Positions 1 to 8,267 of a stretch of 32,000 bases of DNA are shown here, in pieces (the first letter of the stretch is position 1; every line of letters starts with the position of its first letter). The DNA is taken from assembly GCF_001997385.1 (NCBI RefSeq), contig NZ_CP019633.1:2790001-2822000 (forward strand), in the 5' to 3' direction. Source of the DNA: Sedimentisphaera cyanobacteriorum. Lineage in GTDB: Bacteria; Planctomycetota; Phycisphaerae; Sedimentisphaerales; Sedimentisphaeraceae. Under the pieces are notes generated by a model, which had not been told where the DNA came from, did no database searches, and worked only from the letters and a program-made list of their open reading frames with translations. Position numbers and translations under genes: made by a program.

Positions 1-2739
1 GTATATCTGCAATCTGTCGCATTTCAGCGTCGGCAAATCATCAATGCTGATCTCTGCTTCAGTTTCGTCAATGAGGCCTTTAAGGTCTCCAGCAGCCTCT
101 TCAGCAAGCTCTTTGAGATTGGCCTGTTCGAGATTGAGATCTTTGAAGCCCGCCTTTGAAAACTGCAGAAGGTCATTTATAACGCTGTATATCTTCAGGC
201 TGCCGTTTCTTGCAAATTTCAGGTATTCTTTTGCCTCGCCGTTTACATCTTTTTCTTCCAGTTCGGAATCAAGCAGGTCAAGATAGCAGGTGATTGTTCT
301 CACAGGCTCCTGAAGGTCGTGTGAGGTTACATAGGCAAACTGTTTCAAATCTTCATTGGTCTGCCTAAGTTCAATATTTGCCTGCTCAATCTTTTCCCGA
401 TCTTTAATAGATTCCGTTATATCATCTATTATAACGATATACGCACGTTTTAAAATACTTTCTGAGGCGTTTTTTTGCGGAGTTACCCTTACTTTAAGAG
501 TTTTTTCAGATTGCCCGGAGCTTTCTGCGGCTTCCTCCGAGTGTTGTGTTTTGGTTATAAAATCGGTTGCTTTATGATTTCTTATATCTTCGAGTCTGTC
601 CTCAGGTATGGCGATGTATTTTTCAAAAAAATCTCCTGTAATTTCTGACTCGTTTTTGACCTCCAGAATCGAGAGGCAGTTTCTGTTTACAGAGAGGATT
701 TCCCTGTCGAAGTTTAGCATCAAGATACCCGCAGGAGCCTGCTCGAAGATCTCACGGAAAAATTCTTCATTTTCCTTGATGCTGTTTTCTGCATATATCC
801 GGACTAAAGCATTAACAAGAGGCTCGGAACATATCTTCAGCATACTTTCGCAGTTTTCGCCCCAGTCCGAGCTGTCATTTTTGCTGAGAAACACGCTGCA
901 AACGCCCGAGCCCACAAAGCTCCTGAAGCAGATTGAGTTTTCGGGTTTTGTTTCGCAGAATTTATTCAGATATTCTCTTTCCTGATCGTTTAATGAAACG
1001 TTTTGAAGATTGAGAATATTATCTTCAAACTTTGGTGTAAGGCTTTCGGGCATCTCCACGAAGTTTGTAGAGCTCAGGGTGAGCTGGCCGTGAACGTGTT
1101 CATAGCTGTAAATGTCTGAAAAGAGCTCGTCAGATTTTCTGTATTCGAGCGTGCAGCGGTCAGCTCCGGTGTAGGAGCATAAAGAGCGGAAGAGGTCTTT
1201 GAGCATATAGTCAATGTTGTCGTTATTGAGCTTTGCGATATTTTCAAGCGAATCGGAGAGCGATTTCTCGAAGTCTATCCTCATCTCTAATTCTTTCTTA
1301 GACCGAACCTTTTCAGTTCTGTCTGAAACAATAGTTGCAAGGAAGCCTTCTTCTGGGCTTGCCGCTGTTATCTCAAAATATCTGTCTGAAGTTTCAGAGA
1401 ATGCCTCAAAAAAAATCTTTGACCCCTCTTCAGCGGCTACCCTGTAATTATCAATCCAATCCCGTTCCTCGGGGCAGAGCACGCCTATCCTGCTGTCCCT
1501 GTAAGCCGGTTTAATGCAGAGATTTTCAAACTGCTGGTTTGCTTCAATAAGGTAAAAGTCTTCAAACTCCCCGTCATTATATTCTGTACGGTAAAGGGCA
1601 AAACCGGAGGGCATATTCTGGAAGAGCTTCTTGAAACGGTTCTCCTCGGAAAACTGTCTGAACGTTGCGCTGATTCGTTTTACAGTATTGTTGAGCACCT
1701 CACCGGTAACTCTGAGAACACGAAGGAGATTTTGATTGAATTTCGGAGGATAATTTATGCTGTCCAGAGTTATAAAGCCGGTAAGTTCTTCATTTTCAAA
1801 TATGCCTGTAAACAGCGATGATTCAGCGAGCTTTTTCTTGAGGAATGTCCTTTCCCCTCCGGATTCTTCAGATATATCATCCAGTGAACTTATGAAGATA
1901 GAGCCTTTTTCTTTCAAAACCTCTACGAACATCGGAATGCTTTGTGCAGGTATGCTGCTGAAGTCATCAAGCTCAACTTCCGCCTTTTCGACCGCCCATT
2001 GGTATTCAGCGCTGAAGCTGTCTCCAGATTTGTCAATAAGGAAAAGCATTCCCCGTTCGAATCCGGCGTACTCAGTTATTTTTCTGAGCACGCTGCGGAT
2101 AACTTCCCTGTAGTTCTCTGTGCCCGCAGCTGCAAGCATCTGCGAGAGCTCGCATATAAATTCGATCTGCTTTACGTCTTTAAGTTTCTCACGCTTTGCG
2201 TTAAAGGCTTCGGTCTGGTCTGAACCGATGCTCACGGCTGCTCCGTCTTGTGTTTTGAAAGTGCAGAGCCTGAGGAACTTATTGAGATTCTCAAGTCTGT
2301 AAGAGCTTTTGAATTCCCGTTTGTTTTCCACTGTCTCAACTAAGCTCTCAAATATCAGCTCACGCAGCTCATTATGCTCGCCCAGAGGCAGCTCGGCAAT
2401 ATCCTCTTCGCCGGTAAGGAGTTTGCTCGTAAACTTGTTGAGATCTGAAACTTTAAAATCTTCTATGATTCCAAGGTGATTGCGGACGGGACGCCAGAGT
2501 ATAAAAATATTATCACTTTTTTTTACGGCTTCGAGATATGTCCTGTGTTTGTTGTTTATTTTACTCCTAAAGTAAAAAAGAGCAGTAAAATAACCTGCAA
2601 GAAGCATAATCCCCGCAATTGCAGAAACTAAGAGCCAGTCTTCTTCGAAAGACAGTCCCAATACGCCAAAACAATTATTGGGAAAATCCCCAAAATTAAG
2701 GCAGAAGTCTAAGTTTTTATGCCAAAACAAATGCGGCAT
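1..2739 (-). CDS. Membrane-anchored multi-sensor histidine kinase (GAF/PAS-like sensory region + HisKA); the C-terminal ATPase domain lies beyond the window start
   Basis: Absent from the ORF track because it runs off the edge. I read every plus-strand triplet starting at position 1 up to 2748 and found no tta/cta/tca, so the minus frame is open for 913 codons. ATG at 2739-2737 is preceded by an in-frame TAA at 2751-2749. The N-terminus has one hydrophobic helix (WLLVSAIAGIMLLAGYFTALFYF). The HisKA H-box FAYVTSHDLQEPVRTI is encoded at 339-292, with the His codon at 321-319. Confidence 0.85.
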   Translation of the reverse strand, partial: MPHLFWHKNLDFCLNFGDFPNNCFGVLGLSFEEDWLLVSAIAGIMLLAGYFTALFYFRSKINNKHRTYLEAVKKSDNIFILWRPVRNHLGIIEDFKVSDLNKFTSKLLTGEEDIAELPLGEHNELRELIFESLVETVENKREFKSSYRLENLNKFLRLCTFKTQDGAAVSIGSDQTEAFNAKREKLKDVKQIEFICELSQMLAAAGTENYREVIRSVLRKITEYAGFERGMLFLIDKSGDSFSAEYQWAVEKAEVELDDFSSIPAQSIPMFVEVLKEKGSIFISSLDDISEESGGERTFLKKKLAESSLFTGIFENEELTGFITLDSINYPPKFNQNLLRVLRVTGEVLNNTVKRISATFRQFSEENRFKKLFQNMPSGFALYRTEYNDGEFEDFYLIEANQQFENLCIKPAYRDSRIGVLCPEERDWIDNYRVAAEEGSKIFFEAFSETSDRYFEITAASPEEGFLATIVSDRTEKVRSKKELEMRIDFEKSLSDSLENIAKLNNDNIDYMLKDLFRSLCSYTGADRCTLEYRKSDELFSDIYSYEHVHGQLTLSSTNFVEMPESLTPKFEDNILNLQNVSLNDQEREYLNKFCETKPENSICFRSFVGSGVCSVFLSKNDSSDWGENCESMLKICSEPLVNALVRIYAENSIKENEEFFREIFEQAPAGILMLNFDREILSVNRNCLSILEVKNESEITGDFFEKYIAIPEDRLEDIRNHKATDFITKTQHSEEAAESSGQSEKTLKVRVTPQKNASESILKRAYIVIIDDITESIKDREKIEQANIELRQTNEDLKQFAYVTSHDLQEPVRTITCYLDLLDSELEEKDVNGEAKEYLKFARNGSLKIYSVINDLLQFSKAGFKDLNLEQANLKELAEEAAGDLKGLIDETEAEISIDDLPTLKCDRLQIY

Positions 2740-2848
2740 ATTAATTAATTACCTTTAAAGCGTTTAACGCAACAGTTTACAGTATAGTTTTAATGGCTGT
2801 GCGTTCCAAGATTTTTTTCGTTTTTACAGTTAATCGCAGTTTTTCCCC

Positions 2849-3577
2849 TCAGCAGGCCGGCAGGTTTCGACTGCGCAAAAATTCAATTAAACCTTTAATC
2901 TCAGATTTTTCAAGCGGTTTTGTGTTTTCAAGAGGGTAGTCTAAGCCTAATTTCCCCCATTTTTCTCTGCCCATACTGTGATAAGGCAGCAATTCCACCT
3001 TTTTGAGATTAGCCCTGCCCTTAAGCAGTTCTGCAAGCTGATGCATATCTTCGTTCGAATCGTTAATTTCAGGGACTATAACCTGCCTTACCCACATCTC
3101 TATTCCTGCGTTTGTTACGTAATCGAGAAATTCAAACATCTCTTCAGGCCCTTCGCCAGTTATCTGTCTGAATTTTTCTTTGCTGGAGTGTTTTATATCC
3201 AGAAGAACAAGATCGGTAAGCTGAAGCACTTTTTTTGTTTTCTCCTCCGGTTTCGCACCTGCGGTGTCCAAAGCTGTATGAATGCCTTTTTCTCGGCACA
3301 TCTGGAAGATCTCAGCGGCAAATTCCGGCTGAAGCAGAGGTTCACCGCCGGAAAGGGTGATCCCCCCTTTTTCGCCGTAGTATGGGCGGTATCTCTCGAC
3401 GAGCTTGATTATCTCGGTGCTTTTGGTCTTCTCTCCGGCATTTATTTTCCAAGAATCGGGGTTGTGGCAGTAAATGCAGCGTTTGCTGCAGCCCTGAAAA
3501 AACACCACGCATCTTGTTCCCGGGCCGTCGAGAGTTCCCATAGACTGTATAGAATGTATATAACCTTCAGTAAACAT
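2849..3577 (-). CDS. pflA: Pyruvate formate-lyase (glycyl-radical enzyme) activating enzyme, radical SAM
   Basis: 242 aa. Motifs: GTLDGPGTRCVVFFQGCSKRCIYCHNPDSW (CxxxCxxC cluster plus the PFL-AE glycine motif) and GGITLSGGEPLLQ. Length and motif order are collinear with E. coli PflA as I recall it. There is no extra ferredoxin-like Cys insert. Confidence 0.9.
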   Translation of the reverse strand: MFTEGYIHSIQSMGTLDGPGTRCVVFFQGCSKRCIYCHNPDSWKINAGEKTKSTEIIKLVERYRPYYGEKGGITLSGGEPLLQPEFAAEIFQMCREKGIHTALDTAGAKPEEKTKKVLQLTDLVLLDIKHSSKEKFRQITGEGPEEMFEFLDYVTNAGIEMWVRQVIVPEINDSNEDMHQLAELLKGRANLKKVELLPYHSMGREKWGKLGLDYPLENTKPLEKSEIKGLIEFLRSRNLPAC

Positions 3578-3641
3578 AACTGATATTATACTATGCAGTT
3601 ACAATCTTACAACCGAATTGAATAAACTAAATATCAGCGCA

Positions 3642-3668
3642 TAAAAAAGGAGGCTGAATCAGCCCCCT
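3642..3668 (-). terminator. Rho-independent terminator downstream of pstS
   Basis: Minus-strand RNA GGGGGCU-gauuc-AGCCUCC (7 bp including one G.U; plus coordinates 3649-3667), followed by UUUUUU (3648-3643). It lies 25 nt after the pstS stop. Confidence 0.6.
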
Positions 3669-3692
3669 TGAAAAACGAATATTACCGATTTT

Positions 3693-4508
3693 TTAGTAAT
3701 CTGTAACAGGTACAAAGCCTTTGGATTCGATAATTTCCTGTCCGTCTTCTGTCAGGTAGAATGTGCAGAATTCATGAACAAGGCTCCCCGGCTGGGGATA
3801 CTTGTTTGTAAAGAAGAAAAGCGCCCGGCTGATTGGGTAAATCCCCTTGGCGATTGTCCTTCTTGTGGGCTCTATGCCGTCAACATCAATAGCCCGAACG
3901 TACTTGTCAACAAATCCCAAACCTACATATCCTACAGCCCCGGGAGTGGTTTTAACTCTTGCGTGGGCCTGGGGGTTGGAATTCACGTATTCTACCGTAG
4001 ATGCCATTTTTTCCCCTTCCATTACCATACCGTGGAAGGTTTCGTAGGTGCCCGAAGATGTGTCGCGGCTGATAGCGATTATCTCTCTGTTCGGGCCTCC
4101 AAGTTCGCTCCAGTTTGTTATTTTGCCCGAATAGATATCCCTTATCTTATCGCTGTTGAGCTTGCTTACTGGATTGGAAGGATGCACTACCAAACAAACC
4201 CCATCCATTGCTATAACGTGAGCCACCGGGTAAACTTCGTTAGATATAGCCTTCTTGAACTCTTTTTCCTTCAAAAAACGGCTTGTCATTGCTATATCGC
4301 AGCGATTTTCTGAAAGCGAGGCCGCTCCATCTCCAGAGCCGGTCTTTTTAACAGTAATTTCCATCTCTGGATGGAGGACGTTCTGGAAAAATTCTGCAAA
4401 TGAATCTCCAATCGGGCCTACTGTAGTTGAACCGTCGATATGGAGAGTTTTGGCCGGCAAAACTGCAGCAGATAACAGCAGTGCAGCGAGTAATGCTGTA
4501 TTTTTCAT
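3693..4508 (-). CDS. pstS: PstS-family phosphate-binding periplasmic protein (ABC substrate-binding protein)
   Basis: 271 aa with a signal peptide (MKNTALLAALLLSAAVLPA). Motifs IDGSTTVGP, KKTGSGDG, DIAMTSR and SRDTSSGTYETF are typical of PBP-like_2/PstS proteins. Confidence 0.8.
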   Translation of the reverse strand: MKNTALLAALLLSAAVLPAKTLHIDGSTTVGPIGDSFAEFFQNVLHPEMEITVKKTGSGDGAASLSENRCDIAMTSRFLKEKEFKKAISNEVYPVAHVIAMDGVCLVVHPSNPVSKLNSDKIRDIYSGKITNWSELGGPNREIIAISRDTSSGTYETFHGMVMEGEKMASTVEYVNSNPQAHARVKTTPGAVGYVGLGFVDKYVRAIDVDGIEPTRRTIAKGIYPISRALFFFTNKYPQPGSLVHEFCTFYLTEDGQEIIESKGFVPVTDY

Positions 4509-4610
4509 AAATATCCTTTCTTATTTGCAACTTAAAAAAATGATTTATTTAAGATTATTTCGAATTTTGTTAGAGAAGTGTTAGCAGTCCATTAGAAAAT
4601 TTTTAGCAGA

Positions 4611-5642
4611 TTATTTATTTTTTTCCAATTCAGCTCCGAGCTCCCCGCAGGCGGCCTTGATATTTCTTCCTCTGCGATATCGAATGTGGGTTTCAATCCC
4701 TTTTTCTCGAAGGATATCTGCAAATGCGTTGGTCTTTTTCGTTTTAGGTGGAGCAAATCCCAAGTTCCCAGCGGGATTGAATTCTATGAGATTAACGTTG
4801 CATTTAAGGCGCTGAGCTGATTTTAAAAACTTAACAGCTTCTTCTCTGCTGTCATTGAGCCCGTCGATAAGGCAGTATTCAAGCGTTACCCTTCGCCCTG
4901 TCTTCCGGCAGTAGTTCTCAATCGTTTCAAACAGTTTATCAAGCGGATTGGTTTGGTTTATAGGCATAAGCTTGTTTCTGGTTTCATCGCAGCCTGCGTG
5001 TATGCTTACAGCAAGCCTGAACTGTTTGTCTAATTGAGAAAAATCTTCAATCTTGCTGATGAGTCCGCACGTGCTTAAAGTTATATGTCTTGCCCCAAGG
5101 CCGAGCCCTTTGCTTTCGTTGAGTATAAAGGCGGCATTTACCGCATTTTCGTAATTATCGAACGGCTCGCCCATACCCATAAACACCACATTGCTGATTT
5201 TCTCAGCGATTCGCTTTGCTGCGTAAACCTGCTCAGCTATTTCGCCGGAGGAAAGGTTTCTCTTGAAGCCTATACCTGCTGTAGCGCAGAAATCGCAGCC
5301 CATTCGGCAGCCGGCCTGCGAGGATATGCACACTGTTTTTCTGCCGTTATCGTCCAGCACGACTGATTCAAATTTGCTCCCGTCTCGGGCGGAAAAAAGA
5401 AATTTTTCAGTGCCGTCCGGGTCTTTCTGTTTTTTGAGGATTTCCAAAGAACTTATGAAAAAGCCCTCATCTAAAAGCTTATTTCTAAGCTTCGCCGGCA
5501 CAGGAGTGATATCCTCAAGCTTACAATGATGTTTCTCGTGCACAAAATTGAATATATAGTCCGCGTGAAATTTTTTGCCGTTTTGTTCGACAATAAGCTC
5601 ACGCAGATGGGGCAGGGTGTATGATTTAAGATCTTTTTTCAT
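4611..5642 (-). CDS. rlmN: 23S rRNA/tRNA (adenine2503-C2)-methyltransferase RlmN, radical SAM
   Basis: 343 aa. Motifs: CISSQAGCRMGCDFCATAG (CxxxCxxC), MGMGEPFDNYENV, ITLSTCG, LAVSIHA, and the C-terminal GRNIKAACGEL with the catalytic Cys. Confidence 0.9.
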   Translation of the reverse strand: MKKDLKSYTLPHLRELIVEQNGKKFHADYIFNFVHEKHHCKLEDITPVPAKLRNKLLDEGFFISSLEILKKQKDPDGTEKFLFSARDGSKFESVVLDDNGRKTVCISSQAGCRMGCDFCATAGIGFKRNLSSGEIAEQVYAAKRIAEKISNVVFMGMGEPFDNYENAVNAAFILNESKGLGLGARHITLSTCGLISKIEDFSQLDKQFRLAVSIHAGCDETRNKLMPINQTNPLDKLFETIENYCRKTGRRVTLEYCLIDGLNDSREEAVKFLKSAQRLKCNVNLIEFNPAGNLGFAPPKTKKTNAFADILREKGIETHIRYRRGRNIKAACGELGAELEKNK

Positions 5643-5725
5643 ATACAGCTCATGGTAAATTAAAAGACCGCAGAGAATCGCTTTAACGTGCTCCCTGCGG
5701 CCGAAAAATATATTGTTATTTCAAA

Positions 5726-5983
5726 TTAATGGTCAAAAACAATTTCTTTGATTTCAACGCCTTCGATACTGCTCAGGTCGTTCTTCAGCGAGCTGAAGCG
5801 GTCCTGCTTATCGATGCATTCAAGCAGAAGCACACCGTTAGGGGAGCTGATTTCTCCGTTCACATCGTGCAAACCTATTCTGGTTTTGATTGTGTCTCCG
5901 TAGTTTGTCAGAACCTCCTGAATTGCCTGAGCGTGTTTGAGCCTCTCTGTTACGTGAACGCCGAGAATGAGATGTCTGTCCAT
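5726..5983 (-). CDS. Small ACT/NikR-C-like protein resembling the TM1266 family (putative iron-only hydrogenase system regulator)
   Basis: 85 aa. The pattern LILGVHVTER..IQEVLTNYGDTIKTRIGLHD..NGVLLLEC..LKNDLSSIEGVEIKEIVF matches my recollection of the TM1266/TIGR03959 consensus (IiVe.r..vN.iLhey...IiGRMGiP....i..i.vda......L.gklg.i.gv.vK). The family call is tentative. Confidence 0.55.
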   Translation of the reverse strand: MDRHLILGVHVTERLKHAQAIQEVLTNYGDTIKTRIGLHDVNGEISSPNGVLLLECIDKQDRFSSLKNDLSSIEGVEIKEIVFDH

Positions 5984-6010
5984 AATTTTCTCCTTTTTGC
6001 TTTTGTGATA

Positions 6011-6739
6011 TTACAGCGAAATAATTTTTTCCATAGTTTCAAGGCCTATTCCGCCTTCAACTACAGCCTTAAACTTGCCTTGCTTATCTATAAACATAAT
6101 TGTTGGATACGCCCTTATATCTTTGAAAGGAGATGGAAGCTCACTCTGAGAGCTTGCTGCAACCGTATAGTTAATGCCTTTCTCTTCAGCAAATTCTTTT
6201 ACTTTATTCTGGTTTTCAAAGCTTATTGCGATGATTTCAAGCTCATCAGAGCTGTACTTGTTTCTAAGCTTTTTCAGCTCAGGGATTTCCTCCCTGCAAG
6301 GCGGACACCAAGTTGCCCAGAACACAACCATTACATCTTTATCCTTCATCTCTGCCAGCTCCACTTTCTCCCCTTGAAGGTTTTCGACCGACATCTCTGA
6401 AGCCTCAGCCCCGTAAAAACTCTTCATAGCCAGCCTGCTTTCGGGAATTATCCCTGTCAGCGAACTGCTTACCTGTGCCTGTTTGATCCCCTCGGCTCCG
6501 TCGCCTGACTGTCCGTTTTGGCCTGCTATGCCGCAGCAGGGCGTTTTCTGGATCAATATTGCAACACCTGCAATGATAACAATCAAGGCAAGAGGCCAGA
6601 ATTTGTGAACTCGGCTTTGGTTTTCTGAACCCTGACCCTGCTCACTTTGCTGAGTTTCGTTGTTTTGATTGTCTAAGTTTTGGTTTTCATCCATTGCTAA
6701 TACCCTTTCTTTTAATGTTTCAGGTTTTAATGCATTCAA
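6011..6739 (-). CDS. Membrane-anchored TlpA/ResA-like thiol:disulfide oxidoreductase (thioredoxin fold)
   Basis: Motif VVFWATWCPPCREEIPELKKL (active-site CPPC at about 6298-6287). One TM helix (FWPLALIVIIAGVAILI) follows a Q/N/E-rich tail. The track start at 6739 is TTG. An in-frame ATG at 6694 (MDENQN...) with an upstream GAAAGGG is an equally good or better start. Confidence 0.85.
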   Translation of the reverse strand: MNALKPETLKERVLAMDENQNLDNQNNETQQSEQGQGSENQSRVHKFWPLALIVIIAGVAILIQKTPCCGIAGQNGQSGDGAEGIKQAQVSSSLTGIIPESRLAMKSFYGAEASEMSVENLQGEKVELAEMKDKDVMVVFWATWCPPCREEIPELKKLRNKYSSDELEIIAISFENQNKVKEFAEEKGINYTVAASSQSELPSPFKDIRAYPTIMFIDKQGKFKAVVEGGIGLETMEKIISL

Positions 6740-6978
6740 GCATTATATATACCTGAACTAATTATAACAGTAATCTGTCAATTCTGTAAGTTTTTTTTAT
6801 TTCTTAGTATTACGCATAAAAATTTATTTGGTTTTTTCGTAAAATTACTTTCTTATAAATGCCGGAAAATGCTGTTTTGGTTTTCAAAAGCGCCTAAGTG
6901 CTGCATTTTCGTTTATAAATGGGCAAAGGTAGTCTCGAAAAATGAAATTAAAAAAGTGCTCTAATTCTCATATTTAGC

Positions 6979-7006
6979 TTGACCGCAAGCAATTTTTCTG
7001 GATAAT
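6979..7006 (+). promoter_or_regulatory. Candidate sigma70-type promoter for the AraC/XylR-type regulator gene
   Basis: TTGACC (6979-6984), 16-nt spacer, GATAAT (7001-7006), 31 nt upstream of ATG 7037. Consensus match only; the sigma specificity of this phylum is unknown. Confidence 0.3.
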
Positions 7007-7036
7007 ATAAGTCCATCGGAAATTGTAGGGGGAAAG

Positions 7037-8257
7037 ATGAAGGATTATGATGTAAATGAAAAAAGAATCCTCCTGTTATTCAAGACCCACCAGCAAAAAG
7101 ATAAAATGCTGCTGCTTGGGCTTGGCAGAGCTGCAAGGATTTTTGGAAACTGGTTCTTTTTAGGCAGACAGGATCTTTCGAGCATTTGTTATGATGGTAT
7201 AGACTGGAACAAACTAAGAATTGATATCCTCAAGCACAGAGTTGATGCTGTGATATCCAGAAATCCGCTCCATAACAGATTACTTCAATATATTAATCTG
7301 CCTATTATTCTTTTTGGCGGAGAAGACAAAAACCGGCCTGAAATACCGGCAGTTGTTTCGAATACTGAACTCACCGGCAAGATGGCCGCAGAGCATTTTC
7401 TTGCAAGGGGCTTCAGGAATTTCGCCTATAGCGGCTGCGAAGCAGAATCTTTTTCTGAACAAAGGGGCGAAAGCTTTTTGAGGCAAATACGCAAGACAAG
7501 TTATGACCTTTTTATATATGATTATCCCTCAAGCTGCGATCACAGCTGGGATGCGAGATTCGAACATCTGCGAAAATGGGTTGTCTCTGTTCCTAAACCT
7601 GCAGCCTTTTATGCCTGTAACGACTGCCGGGCAAAGCAGATTCTCTCGATATGCAGAAAAAACGGCATAGACGTGCCCACTCAGGTTTCGGTTCTCGGGA
7701 CAGGCAATGATATGACTCTATGCTCGCTTGCCTGCCCGCAGCTCTCAAGCATTCAGCTTGATCTCACTAAAGCAGGGCTGAAAATGGCAGTTCTTCTCGA
7801 CAGACTCCTCAGAGGCGAGCCTATGAAAGGCCAGCGGATATACCATTCTCCGCTAAGGGTTATCACGAGAGAATCCACTAATATAATAAACGTGGAGGAT
7901 GATGTTGTAGCCAAGGCATTACAGTATATTCACTCCAACATCTCAAGGAGCATACAGGTTACAGATGTAGCGAGTTTTGCTGGGGTTTCCCGCTGGACGC
8001 TTTCCAACAGGTTCAGAAGTAATATGGGCTGTTCTGTTAATCAGCAGATCGGCAAGTCGAGGGTTGAGCTTATCAAAAATATGATAGAAGACGGCTATCC
8101 CATCTCCGATATTGCAAAGCTCGTTGGCTTCACCAGCGAAGCCCATATATCACGTCTTTTCAAGCGTGAAACAGGATTCACTCCTCGGGAGTATAAAAAG
8201 AGCGTAGAAGAGCATCTCCTGCCGGACAGGGCTTTATTGCGAGTATTTTTGTTTTAA
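7037..8257 (+). CDS. XylR-type hybrid regulator: LacI/periplasmic-binding-protein-like sugar-sensing domain + C-terminal AraC-family HTH
   Basis: 406 aa. The C-terminus carries an AraC double HTH (VTDVASFAGVSRWTLSNRFR...ISDIAKLVGFTSEAHISRLFKRETGFTPREYKK). The N-terminal ~280 aa show the PBP type-1 pattern (FAYSGCE, AFYACNDCRAKQILSICRKNGIDVPTQVSVLGTGND). Confidence 0.8.
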   Translation: MKDYDVNEKRILLLFKTHQQKDKMLLLGLGRAARIFGNWFFLGRQDLSSICYDGIDWNKLRIDILKHRVDAVISRNPLHNRLLQYINLPIILFGGEDKNRPEIPAVVSNTELTGKMAAEHFLARGFRNFAYSGCEAESFSEQRGESFLRQIRKTSYDLFIYDYPSSCDHSWDARFEHLRKWVVSVPKPAAFYACNDCRAKQILSICRKNGIDVPTQVSVLGTGNDMTLCSLACPQLSSIQLDLTKAGLKMAVLLDRLLRGEPMKGQRIYHSPLRVITRESTNIINVEDDVVAKALQYIHSNISRSIQVTDVASFAGVSRWTLSNRFRSNMGCSVNQQIGKSRVELIKNMIEDGYPISDIAKLVGFTSEAHISRLFKRETGFTPREYKKSVEEHLLPDRALLRVFLF

Positions 8258-8267
8258 CAGGTGTTAA

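Noticed and set aside
44-2302. Seven plus-strand ORFs of 60-125 aa in the track (44-286, 356-577, 608-985, 1214-1447, 1757-2113, 1942-2223, 2120-2302)
   Set aside because: All lie antisense to a continuous 913-codon minus-strand kinase ORF. Their products are Ser/Leu/Phe-rich low-complexity sequences with no motifs and no SD.
2849-3577. PflA-like radical-SAM protein as the anaerobic sulfatase-maturating enzyme for the sulfatases
   Set aside because: It is only 242 aa with a single CxxxCxxC cluster and the PFL-AE glycine motif. anSMEs are about 370-400 aa with SPASM auxiliary clusters.
2978-6400. Long antisense ORFs: 2978-3583 (+), 3774-4313 (+), 4255-4584 (+), 5085-5529 (+), 5729-6400 (+)
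   Set aside because: Each overlaps a minus-strand gene with strong family motifs (pflA, pstS, rlmN, ACT-like, tlpA). Their translations look like shadow frames. ORF 5729-6400 even spans an intergenic gap between two real genes.
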